This document shows, piece after piece, positions 8,794 to 17,985 of a stretch of DNA of 64,000 nt. Where the stretch lies: sequence record SRR31156797_1282, one strand, 5' to 3'. The position numbers were made by a program, and so were the translations under genes. Every line of letters starts with the position of its first letter. Positions within the stretch are counted from its first letter, which is position 1. The notes beneath the pieces are model-generated. The model saw nothing but the letters and a program-made list of their open reading frames with translations, did no database searches and had not been told where the DNA came from.

Positions 8794-11700
8794 TTATTTC
8801 TTAGCTTCCGACAAGAATACCCGTTTCAGCTCCTCTAGCTCTGTTCTGAGTTGATCAACTTCTTCTAACTTAGCTTTCAACTCATCTATTTCTTTAGATT
8901 TGGTGGCTAACTCATCCTGTGCTACTATCAACTCACGAGTGCGTTGTTCCAAAGCTTGTATTGCTATAAAGTTTACACCTAAAAAGTCTGAAGTAGCAAT
9001 TAAAGTATCTACACCAACCTCCCCAACACCGTCATTGCCAAATGCATTGTAGAAATCCTGTGCCATAGGTCCATAGTGACGGAATTTAGTTTTATCTTGA
9101 CCTTTATAGTTCCAAGATGTCAAATTGAACTGACTAATTTTATCAAGGAATAATTCACCATCAACAGGTTTGAAATTCTCTTTTTTAGTTGAGTCAGAAA
9201 TAGAACTCCATGAACTTCCACTTGCTGATAAATAAACTCCATAAATTCCTGAATAATCAGTATAAAAACGGTATCCGCCCATAAATTTAGCAGCAAAACT
9301 ATTGGCAGTACTATTAGTTAAACTAGAACTCTGATAATCTTTAAAGGCAAATGCACCTTCGCCTGACGCTGTAGCTCGTGCACCTAAAGCCACACTGTGG
9401 TCTGATGAAGCAGTTACTTCATATCCCATAGCAATACTAGCGAATCCATTTGAGGCAACAGTTCTACCTATACCAACGGCACTTTCTGCACTTGCTCCTG
9501 TTGAAACATCACGCCCCAAAGCAATAGAATGCTGTCCAGAAGTAGCTGTTTGATAACCAATTGAAACTGATGAAATACCTGTAGCAGAAGCATTATAACC
9601 ATGAGCAAATGAATAAGAATTTGTTGCTTCTGAATTATATCCACCTGCAAATGAGTAAGAACCTAGTTTTGTAGGATCACTCCATGCATATGCATTGTCA
9701 TATCCTGCTCTGAAAGCAGCTTTAGATTTATCAAAAACCATACGTGAAGCATGAATAGCACTACCATCATAAGTAATATCAGGTGCACCAAATACAAAGT
9801 CATCATATTGATAACTTCCAGGAGAATTTGTAGTAACTCCTGAAGCTGTTGCAAATGCGCCACTACCATCTTGTAATGAACTCAAATCAACTGTTTTAGT
9901 AGCCTCACCATCATTATCTAAGGAAGCATATAAAGTGGTTCCAGTCAAAGTAAACACATCAAACCCCTGTGAGTCTGACCCACCAAGTGATGACAAGTTT
10001 ACGCTATTACCTCCTGCAATTGTTAATGTAGTTCCAGATAATGAAAGGGTTTGATCATCTGTATCGTCAAGGTAAGCTGCAAGACTTACGCTATTTCCTC
10101 CTTCGATAGAAAGGTTATTTGAAGATAAAGTTAAAGTTTGATCATCTGTTCCTGTTCCATCCTGCAATGAAGATAAATTTACACTACCTCCATCTTCAAG
10201 TGTCAATGTTGTTCCTGAAAAAGATAAGGCTTGATCATCTGTACCTGTTCCATCTTGTAAACTACTCAAATCTACAGGTGTAGCATCGCCAGTTAAAGAA
10301 AGCGTTGTTCCTGATAAGCTTAGGTCCTGTGCATCCGTATTATCTAAATAAGCTGCCAAACTTACACTATTTGCACCCTCAATAGATAAATTATTACTTG
10401 ACAATGTTAGTGTTTGATCATCTGTTCCTGTTCCATCTTGTAAAGATGATAAATTTACACTTCCGCCATTTTCAAGCGTTAATGTTGTACCTGAAAAAGA
10501 AAGTGCCTGATCGTCTGTTCCGATTCCATCCTGTAAAGAAGAAAGGTTTACACTTCCACCATCTTCCAATGACAATGTTGTTCCACTAAATGATAATTGC
10601 TGATTATCTGTTCCAGTTCCATCCTGCAACACACTCAAATCAACAGGTGTAGCATCTCCTGTTAAAGAAAGTGTTGTTCCAGATAAGCTTAGATTCTGAG
10701 CATCTGTATTATCATAAAAAGCAGATAAATCTGCACTTCCACCACTAGTTAAACTAAGTATTGAACCTGTTAGTGAAAGTGTTTGGATTTCGTTTGTTGA
10801 GCTTGCATCAGCATCATTTACCTCATCGGTAAAACTTGCCACTAAGTCCCCAAGGCTATTTGAACGACTTAATGTAACGGTTTTAGTAGAAGTTCCTGTA
10901 ATTCCAATTGAATTTACCACACCATCAGTTGAACCTGCGGCGCCTAACTCATCATCGGCAGGAATCCATGAAGATGAACCGCTGTCCCATTTCAATATTT
11001 GTCCATCACCTGGAGCATTTTCAGATACATCTCTCCCCTGAATAGCCTGTACAACAAGAGAACTAAACGCTCCGGTTACATCGCCGGCAGGTGAAGGTTG
11101 ATTTGTAAGGTCGTTATAATCACCACTAAATACTTCAGGTATTGTAACAGAACCGCCATCAGTTAATGAAATTACATTCCCTGTCATACTTAATGTTTGA
11201 ATTTCGTTAGTCGCATCAGCATCGTCATCTTCCACACCATCCTGAATAACAGCAAGATCAACATCGTTTCCATTTGAAATGGCCAAAGTAGTTCCTGTTA
11301 AAGAAAGTGTTTGTTCATCGGTATTTGTACCTGTATAAGACGAAAGATTAATTTCTGTAGCATTAGCATTATTCGTAATAGTCAACACATTATTCTCTAA
11401 TTGCAAATCCTGAATCTCATTAGTTATATCCCCATCAACCTCTGTTTCAATAAAACCAACATCATTTGTAAAATCACTTAAGTTGGTAGGTGTATTTGCT
11501 AAACTATTATAGTCACCATCAAATCCTTCGGGTAAAGTAACAGTACCACCTTCGGTTAATGTAAGCTCATTTCCATTTATTGAAAGCTGTTGTTTTACAG
11601 CTACATCTCCAGCAATAAATGTATAAGGCACACTTGATAATTCACTTATTCCAAGCTCGCTATAATTTACTCCGCCATCATCAGAAATTGAAGTTCTTAC

Positions 11701-11994
11701 TTTGTAAACTCCATTTGCCCATTCAACTGCACTTAATTGGTCAGATGTTGTACCTGTTCCAATTCTAAAATTCACCAATCCAAAAGCATTGGTCGTAATT
11801 GCGTGAGTTTCTGTGTAAACAGGTGTATTTGCATCACCTTCTACAATTTCGATCTTAACATCAACTTGTGTATTTACAATAATTTCACCAGAAGCGTCTC
11901 TTACTACAGCCTGGTAATTAATAGATTGAGGAACCTGAGCTACTAAAACTGTAGCTAATATTAGTCCTATAAATAATAAATAAAATCTTTTCAT
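8794..11994 (-). CDS. Secreted fibre/adhesin: SYQAVVRD-type N-terminal domain, Ser/Thr/Asp-rich repeat stalk, YadA-head-like repeats, C-terminal peptidase S74 chaperone and coiled coil
   Basis: Signal peptide; PQSINYQAVVRD; repeats of GTDDQTLSLSGTTLTLEDGGSVNLSSLQD; S.A.G...A repeats (SFAGGYNSEAT, SVALGARATAS); SDSTKKENF...SWNYK...HYGPMAQDF...AIQAL. Confidence 0.85.
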   Translation of the reverse strand: MKRFYLLFIGLILATVLVAQVPQSINYQAVVRDASGEIIVNTQVDVKIEIVEGDANTPVYTETHAITTNAFGLVNFRIGTGTTSDQLSAVEWANGVYKVRTSISDDGGVNYSELGISELSSVPYTFIAGDVAVKQQLSINGNELTLTEGGTVTLPEGFDGDYNSLANTPTNLSDFTNDVGFIETEVDGDITNEIQDLQLENNVLTITNNANATEINLSSYTGTNTDEQTLSLTGTTLAISNGNDVDLAVIQDGVEDDDADATNEIQTLSMTGNVISLTDGGSVTIPEVFSGDYNDLTNQPSPAGDVTGAFSSLVVQAIQGRDVSENAPGDGQILKWDSGSSSWIPADDELGAAGSTDGVVNSIGITGTSTKTVTLSRSNSLGDLVASFTDEVNDADASSTNEIQTLSLTGSILSLTSGGSADLSAFYDNTDAQNLSLSGTTLSLTGDATPVDLSVLQDGTGTDNQQLSFSGTTLSLEDGGSVNLSSLQDGIGTDDQALSFSGTTLTLENGGSVNLSSLQDGTGTDDQTLTLSSNNLSIEGANSVSLAAYLDNTDAQDLSLSGTTLSLTGDATPVDLSSLQDGTGTDDQALSFSGTTLTLEDGGSVNLSSLQDGTGTDDQTLTLSSNNLSIEGGNSVSLAAYLDDTDDQTLSLSGTTLTIAGGNSVNLSSLGGSDSQGFDVFTLTGTTLYASLDNDGEATKTVDLSSLQDGSGAFATASGVTTNSPGSYQYDDFVFGAPDITYDGSAIHASRMVFDKSKAAFRAGYDNAYAWSDPTKLGSYSFAGGYNSEATNSYSFAHGYNASATGISSVSIGYQTATSGQHSIALGRDVSTGASAESAVGIGRTVASNGFASIAMGYEVTASSDHSVALGARATASGEGAFAFKDYQSSSLTNSTANSFAAKFMGGYRFYTDYSGIYGVYLSASGSSWSSISDSTKKENFKPVDGELFLDKISQFNLTSWNYKGQDKTKFRHYGPMAQDFYNAFGNDGVGEVGVDTLIATSDFLGVNFIAIQALEQRTRELIVAQDELATKSKEIDELKAKLEEVDQLRTELEELKRVFLSEAKK
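9870..10800 (-). repeat. Intragenic tandem repeats of about 30 aa (90-93 bp) in the fibre stalk
   Basis: About 10 D(D/A/N)Q.LS(L/F)SGTTL.L..G..V.LS.L units; GATCATCTGT(T/A)CCTGTTCCATC recurs in the DNA. Boundaries are approximate. Confidence 0.9.
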
Positions 11995-12035
11995 ATCTAT
12001 ATAGTTTTGGTTTTTTTGTTTTCAAATTCGATTAA

Positions 12036-12521
12036 TTAAAGCTTGATGACTTTGTATGTTTTTAATACTAAGTCTTTGTTTTGAACAATGCGCACCAAAT
12101 AAACCCCAGGTTTATGTGCACTAAAATCAATAGTATTGGCAGTTCTGCCAATTTGCATTTTGTCTACCGTTAGCTTTTCACCTAACTCATTTAAAACAAT
12201 AATTTTATACTCTCTCAAATCATCATTGACTGAGATCATCAAATTATCTTTCAATGGGTTAGGATAAATTGAGAAAGCTTTATCAAACGATTTGTAACTG
12301 TAAATTCCGGTAATAGTGTATTTGCTTTGCTGAAACCCTTGTGTAAGGATATAATCTCCACTTACAGTTGCAATAACACTCTCACCGATTGTAGCATAGA
12401 ATTGGTAGGAATCACTTTCATAATGACCTCCACCCGAAGCTGTCACTTGTTGTGAATATCCAAAATTGGACATTGAAACAAGCAACGCTAAACTGATGAT
12501 AAATTTAATTGTGTGCTTCAT
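12036..12521 (-). CDS. Small T9SS type A sorting domain protein; homolog of 1843-2331
   Basis: ATG at 12521 (MKHTIKF...) preferred over the GTG at 12539; segment ASGGG...ATIGE...LTQGFQQ; CTD SIYPNP...GVYLVRI...KTYKVIKL. Confidence 0.85.
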   Translation of the reverse strand: MKHTIKFIISLALLVSMSNFGYSQQVTASGGGHYESDSYQFYATIGESVIATVSGDYILTQGFQQSKYTITGIYSYKSFDKAFSIYPNPLKDNLMISVNDDLREYKIIVLNELGEKLTVDKMQIGRTANTIDFSAHKPGVYLVRIVQNKDLVLKTYKVIKL

Positions 12522-12580
12522 AAAAATTAAGTTTGGCACTAAAATATATTACAAAGCACCTTTATAAAATAGGGTTTTAT

Positions 12581-12650
12581 TTAATGGCTGGATTTGAATA
12601 TTTAACGGTTATGGGGAATTATTTTACGGGGATAACGGTTTTAGATATGG
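12581..12650. promoter_or_regulatory. Four direct repeats at 21-bp period; putative LytTR operator
   Basis: TTAATGG (12581), TTAACGG (12602), TTTACGG (12623), GATATGG (12644), between a LytTR gene and the downstream operon. Confidence 0.55.
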
Positions 12651-12711
12651 GAATTGTTTCACGGAAAGGTCGCTAAAAATGCGGAAAGTTCGAAGCGAAA
12701 ATTAAATGTGC

Positions 12712-12794
12712 TAGTCTCGGTGTGAATAACTAATTAAGATTACGCTAATTTTATATTTGCACAAACATCTAATAAACAATTCACGCCGAGACTA
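12712..12794. repeat. About 83-bp element with terminal inverted repeats (REP/MITE-like); a second copy is at 40523-40603
   Basis: TAGTCTCGGTGTGAAT ... ATTCACGCCGAGACTA. Confidence 0.8.
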
Positions 12795-12804
12795 TTAAGC
12801 GTAA

Positions 12805-13536
12805 TCAAACAGTTCCCAACACCTTCAGCAATGCATCTTTTTTGCGGCGAGAAACTTCTATTTTGGAATCATCGACCATAACGACCCAGCCACCTTCTCC
12901 TTTGATATATTTTTTAATGTGATTAAGATTAACCAAATGTGATTTATGCACTCTGAAAAACCCATGTTGACTAAGCATTTCATCAAATTCTTTAAGCGTT
13001 TTAGATACCAATACTTTGCTCCCATCCGCAATGATAAAATGCGTATAATTCACACTTGATTCACACCGAATTACATCTTTCACGTCCACAATAGTAACAC
13101 CTTCAGCAGCACTAAGCGCCAAACGTTTAAATCCTGAATGATTGGCATTCAGTGTCTCAATTCTTGTGTTTATATCGCCTTGTCGTTCTCCACAAACTTT
13201 ACTTACAGCAATATTAAAAATATCAGGGTCTAATGGTTTTAACAAGTAATCAATGGCACTGAAACGAAAGGCTTTTACTGCATACTGATCAAATGCTGTA
13301 CAAAATATCAAATGAAATCCATTATACTCAACATTCGTTAACACGTCAAATCCCGTTCCGTCAGGCATTTCAATATCAAGAAAAACTAATTCGGGCTTTT
13401 CACGATCAATAAGCTCAATGGCTTTGTCCACACAATCAGCCTCACCGACAACTTCAAGTTCGGGTGTATATCTCTTAATTAGATTTTGTATTGTCAAACG
13501 GCCTTTTTGCTCATCATCAATTATTACAGTGCGCAT
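12805..13536 (-). CDS. LytTR family response regulator
   Basis: IIDDE, VFLDIEMP, DYLLKP; LytTR tail FFRVHKSHLVN...VSRRKK. Confidence 0.95.
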   Translation of the reverse strand: MRTVIIDDEQKGRLTIQNLIKRYTPELEVVGEADCVDKAIELIDREKPELVFLDIEMPDGTGFDVLTNVEYNGFHLIFCTAFDQYAVKAFRFSAIDYLLKPLDPDIFNIAVSKVCGERQGDINTRIETLNANHSGFKRLALSAAEGVTIVDVKDVIRCESSVNYTHFIIADGSKVLVSKTLKEFDEMLSQHGFFRVHKSHLVNLNHIKKYIKGEGGWVVMVDDSKIEVSRRKKDALLKVLGTV

Positions 13537-13547
13537 TATATTCTAAT

Positions 13548-15500
13548 TTAATCAATTACAGGTAATTTAAGTACCACTTTCGTCCCTAATGACTCATTTG
13601 TATTAACATCTTTTTTATCGATGATTTCAAACCCAGACTTCACATTATATTGTTCATTTATAGACTCTAATCTTCGCTGTGTAATTTTCAATGCCAATGA
13701 TTCACGCTTGCTACCCATTTTGAGAGTTTGAGCCTTCTCTCTGCCAATACCATCATCGTCAATCTCACAAATTAAATACTCACCTTCCATTTTAAAAATC
13801 ACATCGATTTTTCCCTTCGTTCTATTTCTAAAAGCATGTAAAATAGTATTCTCCACAAAAGGTTGAATCACAAGTGGAGGAATTGAAATAAACTCATCTT
13901 CGACCTCATCATCAACAAAAATATCATAGTCAAACTTCTGATCAAATCTCACTTGTTCAAGTTCGATATAAACTCTTAGCAATTCAATTTCTTTTGATAG
14001 CACAACTTGATCAGAGCGCGCATTTTCCAGAAATCCCCTTATCAACTTGGCAAAATTGGCTAAATACTTACTTGCCAGTTCCGTTTGATTAGAAGTAATA
14101 AAAGCCTGAATAGAATTTAGGGCATTAAATACAAAATGTGGGTTCATCTGGGATTTTAACATTTTCTGCTCAGTCCTCAAATTTTTAATCTCAAGTAAGT
14201 TTTTATCGTTAAGATGCCTGGCTTTATTTAGTTTCCAAACAAAATAAGTTAAAACCACACCAAGAATAACGAACAGCACTAATGCGATAATAATTAGTCG
14301 GGCGTTACGAACTTCCTGTTTTTGCTCCTTTAACTGAAGTTTTTGTATTTCAGCGTTTTTCGACAAGATATCAATCTCTCTGTTTTTCCGCTCGGTTTGA
14401 TATTTTGTTTCCATTTCTGCAATCTGCATATGCTTCTCTGCATTATAAACGGAATCAACAATTTCTCGATTTAGCTGATAATAATGGAGTGCTTTCTTAT
14501 AGTTTCCCTTTAATTTCTCCAAATCTGTCAATCCATCATAAGCAAATTCCAATAACTGTGAAGAATTAATCTGCTTTGCAACTTCAAGACTTTCATTAAA
14601 AAGTTTTTGTGCTTTTACAAGTTTTCTCTGAATATTATAAATAAGCGCCATATTAATCTTTGTAATCCCAATACCGTATTGATCATTTATATTTTCGTGA
14701 ATGGTCAATGCTTTTTGGTAATAATACAAAGCTGAATCTCCCTTAGGATCAAGCGTTTCCTGCAAAACTCCTATATTGCCATACACATAGGCCTGACCAT
14801 AACTCCATTTCATCTGGTTATAATAATTAAGGGCTTGGCGATAATGCTTTAGGGCGCTTTCCAGATCGCCCAACTTTTTATATGCAATGGCTATATTGTT
14901 GTTTATGGCCGCCAGCAATCGTATATTTTCGGTTGGTTTGGCCAATTCAAGAGCTTCTTGCATATATTGAAGACTTATTTCATATCTTTTCATAGCGGAG
15001 TTCAGTCCTCCAATATTAGTTAAAGATCCTATGATTTCGAGGGTATCTTTCATCAACTCTCTAATTTTGAGCCCGCGTAAATAATAACTCATAGCCTGGG
15101 TATTTCTTTGCAGACCTTTTAAATTTCTACCGTAATTATTAAAAAGTAGCCCAAGTAACTTAGGATTTTGAGCAGAATCAATAATCGGAATGGCCTTTTC
15201 GATCCATGATATGGATGTTTCGTAATTTCCTTGTTGTGCAGCCCCAATGGAAATTGTACTGTAAATTTGTGCCACCGCAACTGAATCACCAGATTTGCGT
15301 GCATTATCTAAAACAATATTAGAAAACACTTGAGCACTATCAAAGTTCTCTTTATAAAGATCTTGCAATTGAATAATTAAAGAATCAATTTTTTTGTAAG
15401 TGGTATCTTTTAATACTCCGTTTTCTGAATGAGCATTGCTTTTCAGAGCAAAAAAAAGACAAAATATGCCTATTAGATAAAATCTTAAGAATACTTTCAT
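13548..15500 (-). CDS. TPR-containing LytS-type sensor histidine kinase
   Basis: Signal peptide, TPR repeats, a TM helix, SQMNPHFVFNALNSI, QPFVEN, DDDGIG. Confidence 0.9.
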   Translation of the reverse strand: MKVFLRFYLIGIFCLFFALKSNAHSENGVLKDTTYKKIDSLIIQLQDLYKENFDSAQVFSNIVLDNARKSGDSVAVAQIYSTISIGAAQQGNYETSISWIEKAIPIIDSAQNPKLLGLLFNNYGRNLKGLQRNTQAMSYYLRGLKIRELMKDTLEIIGSLTNIGGLNSAMKRYEISLQYMQEALELAKPTENIRLLAAINNNIAIAYKKLGDLESALKHYRQALNYYNQMKWSYGQAYVYGNIGVLQETLDPKGDSALYYYQKALTIHENINDQYGIGITKINMALIYNIQRKLVKAQKLFNESLEVAKQINSSQLLEFAYDGLTDLEKLKGNYKKALHYYQLNREIVDSVYNAEKHMQIAEMETKYQTERKNREIDILSKNAEIQKLQLKEQKQEVRNARLIIIALVLFVILGVVLTYFVWKLNKARHLNDKNLLEIKNLRTEQKMLKSQMNPHFVFNALNSIQAFITSNQTELASKYLANFAKLIRGFLENARSDQVVLSKEIELLRVYIELEQVRFDQKFDYDIFVDDEVEDEFISIPPLVIQPFVENTILHAFRNRTKGKIDVIFKMEGEYLICEIDDDGIGREKAQTLKMGSKRESLALKITQRRLESINEQYNVKSGFEIIDKKDVNTNESLGTKVVLKLPVID

Positions 15501-15635
15501 ACGAATACTTTGAAATTAAAAATACAATTTAAAAATCAAAAAACAAATGTCCATTTATCATAAACACTTGACGCAGTAGGGTTATCAAAAAATCTTTAAA
15601 AAATTATTGAGATTTCTAATATTCAGAATTTCAAT

Positions 15636-16442
15636 TTATAAATCTGAAATTTCAATTTTATTAGTTTTTAGATCATACTTCATTGTTATACCCAGAGCAG
15701 TAGAATAAACTTTAAACTCAACTAAATCTGTAAAGTGAGCATAAAGTCTAAAGGTACAGATATCGGTTGCAGTAATATATGGTGTACTTTTTATATGAGA
15801 ATGCATGGCAGATGTCACCGTTCCTAAATCTTCATATTTAGAAAAAGTAGGAATTATATTAGTATGAAATTTTTTATAATCCATTATATTTCCATCATTG
15901 TCAGTTGTAAATAAATAATCATTCCCAAATGGAATTACCCCAGCCTTTGTAGCCCCCATAATTATATAAAAACGATACTCATCTTGACCTTTGATTAATA
16001 TAAAATTAGGATTATAACCCTCAGGAATTGAAACTTCATATTCACTATCAATTATGTTATTGAAAATAATTTGTTTCATATTAAAAAACTCATTTGCAAC
16101 ATCATTTAATACTTCAGCATCAAAATTCATTTCAAAGGGTACAGTAAGGTTTGAATTCAGAAAACGAAATTTTGCAATACTCAATACCTGATTTATATCT
16201 GAATAAACAACTATTACTGTATCATCAATATGATAAGCCACGTAACCTCCAATTTCAACACCAGCCTTAAGTCCTTCCTTCAACAAATCAGAGGCGTTCC
16301 ATGCTGCTTTTTCATAATAGTAAAGCGTATTGGCTTCTTGAATAATAGAATCAAATTTAAATTGTAAATCATCCTGACCTGACAGCTTAATTACCGTAAG
16401 TAATGATAGAAATAAGATTGTTAGATTTCTCATAGTTTTCAT
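15636..16442 (-). CDS. Hypothetical secreted protein
   Basis: 268-aa ORF with a signal peptide; overlaps the upstream gene by 4 bp. Confidence 0.7.
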   Translation of the reverse strand: MKTMRNLTILFLSLLTVIKLSGQDDLQFKFDSIIQEANTLYYYEKAAWNASDLLKEGLKAGVEIGGYVAYHIDDTVIVVYSDINQVLSIAKFRFLNSNLTVPFEMNFDAEVLNDVANEFFNMKQIIFNNIIDSEYEVSIPEGYNPNFILIKGQDEYRFYIIMGATKAGVIPFGNDYLFTTDNDGNIMDYKKFHTNIIPTFSKYEDLGTVTSAMHSHIKSTPYITATDICTFRLYAHFTDLVEFKVYSTALGITMKYDLKTNKIEISDL

Positions 16443-16867
16443 TCTTCATATGAATTTCCAAGTTCAAATTTAACTGGTATAGTTACTTTGCAACAAACAT
16501 TGCGACCATTTTGTAGAGCAGGTTCCCATTTTGGCATTTTTGAAACAACCCTCAACGCTTCATCATATAAGATACTATAACGTCCTCTATCCACTTTGAT
16601 ATCTGTTACTACACCAGTATTTCTAACACACATAGAAACAAACACTTTATCTTCAATTCCCTTATCAACAGCTTCCCTAGGATATTCTATATTATCACCG
16701 ATAAACTTAAACATCTCTTCTATTCCACCAGGATATTGTGGGTATTTTTCCAAAATAGGAAAATAATTCAAAGAATCCGGTTCGCATGCACATGAAAACA
16801 AAGAGTCAGATTGCGCAAATGACACGGATGAAAAAATTAAGCCGAAAATTAGAAAAACAACCTTCAT
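16439..16867 (-). CDS. TonB C-terminal domain protein
   Basis: PQYPGG...YPREA...V.VS..V...G.VTD...EALRVV.KMPKWEPA.QNG...TIPVKF. Confidence 0.85.
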   Translation of the reverse strand: MKVVFLIFGLIFSSVSFAQSDSLFSCACEPDSLNYFPILEKYPQYPGGIEEMFKFIGDNIEYPREAVDKGIEDKVFVSMCVRNTGVVTDIKVDRGRYSILYDEALRVVSKMPKWEPALQNGRNVCCKVTIPVKFELGNSYEE

Positions 16868-16877
16868 TATATACTAT

Positions 16878-17654
16878 TTACTTAATACTAAACGGCAATT
16901 TCCACTGTTTTTCAATACCTACACCTTCATACCATACACCTGTTAAAAATAGCCCTTCAGGTTCCACAGACATGCCCGCTTTTCGGCGGTCTTTAGCGTC
17001 GAATATAGATTGCAAATCATCAAGATTTCGCTTCCCAAATCCAATCTCAAGCATAGTTCCAGTTAGCGCCCGCACCATATTGCGTAAAAAACGGTCGGCT
17101 TTGATTCTATAAACTAGCAAATCATCCGTTTCAATCCACTCACTTTCTGCAACGTGACAAATATTGGTTTTATTGGCTGCATGGGCTTTACAAAAGCTCT
17201 CAAAATCAGTATTTTGCTGAATTATATTTGCTGAAGCTTTTAAAAGGTTTACGTCTGGTTTCTGAATTAACCGATGTGCATATTTATTGAGAAAAGGATG
17301 GTGATTTTTTGTAAAAAAATAATGGTATTCACGAGCCACAGCATCAAATCGGGCATGTTTTTCCGAATCAACTTCCTTCATTTCATACACCGAAATATCT
17401 GATGGCAAAACAGCATTGAGATGATACAGAAATTTACCGATATCATCAACTGAATTTTCTACATCGAAATGCAATACAAAATAGCTGGCGTGCACGCCGG
17501 TATCGGTTCGGCCGCAACCTACCACATTAATTTCCCGTCTTAAGATTTTCCCAATGCTTTCATTAATCACCTCTTGCACAGTAAATGCATTGGGTTGTAT
17601 TTGCCACCCGTGATAGTTGGTTCCGTTATATGCCAAGCTAAGGAAATATCTCAT
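16878..17654 (-). CDS. truA: tRNA pseudouridine(38-40) synthase (intact copy)
   Basis: AYNGTNYHGWQIQPN, GRTDTGVHA, HARFDA, ADRFLRNMVR, GLFL. Confidence 0.97.
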   Translation of the reverse strand: MRYFLSLAYNGTNYHGWQIQPNAFTVQEVINESIGKILRREINVVGCGRTDTGVHASYFVLHFDVENSVDDIGKFLYHLNAVLPSDISVYEMKEVDSEKHARFDAVAREYHYFFTKNHHPFLNKYAHRLIQKPDVNLLKASANIIQQNTDFESFCKAHAANKTNICHVAESEWIETDDLLVYRIKADRFLRNMVRALTGTMLEIGFGKRNLDDLQSIFDAKDRRKAGMSVEPEGLFLTGVWYEGVGIEKQWKLPFSIK

Positions 17655-17678
17655 TGTTCAACTATTTTAACACTATTA

Positions 17679-17710
17679 CAAGATTAGTTAAAGTTTTTGG
17701 AATGGACAAA
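17679..17710 (-). promoter_or_regulatory. Putative truA promoter: TTTG-N20-TAATCTTG
   Basis: Near match to the Bacteroidota -33/-7 consensus; 27 bp are identical upstream of the second truA copy. Confidence 0.6.
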
Positions 17711-17985
17711 AGGGAATTTGGAGGATATTGACAAAAAGAGTTAAAAATAAAACCAACTTACTAAAGGGAATATTAAATTGAAATTAAAAACCTATATCAA
17801 TGGTCATTAAATCGGGCATAACAAAATATAAACATCATACGCACCCAGATAAAAAATTTCATATTAAACTATTCTGTCGAAAGAATCCATTCAAACTTCT
17901 AAATTCCACATACATTAGTCTAAACTAGTTGAAATACAGGCATATCTACATCATATTTGTATCAGATAATTAATAATAACATGAT

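Noticed and set aside
9870-10800. CRISPR-like periodic repeats
   Set aside because: The repeats are in-frame coding units with synonymous variation, have no unique spacers, and there are no cas genes.
8794-11994. Prophage suggested by the S74 tail-fibre domain
   Set aside because: The protein has a Sec signal peptide, and there are no capsid, terminase, integrase or other phage genes nearby.
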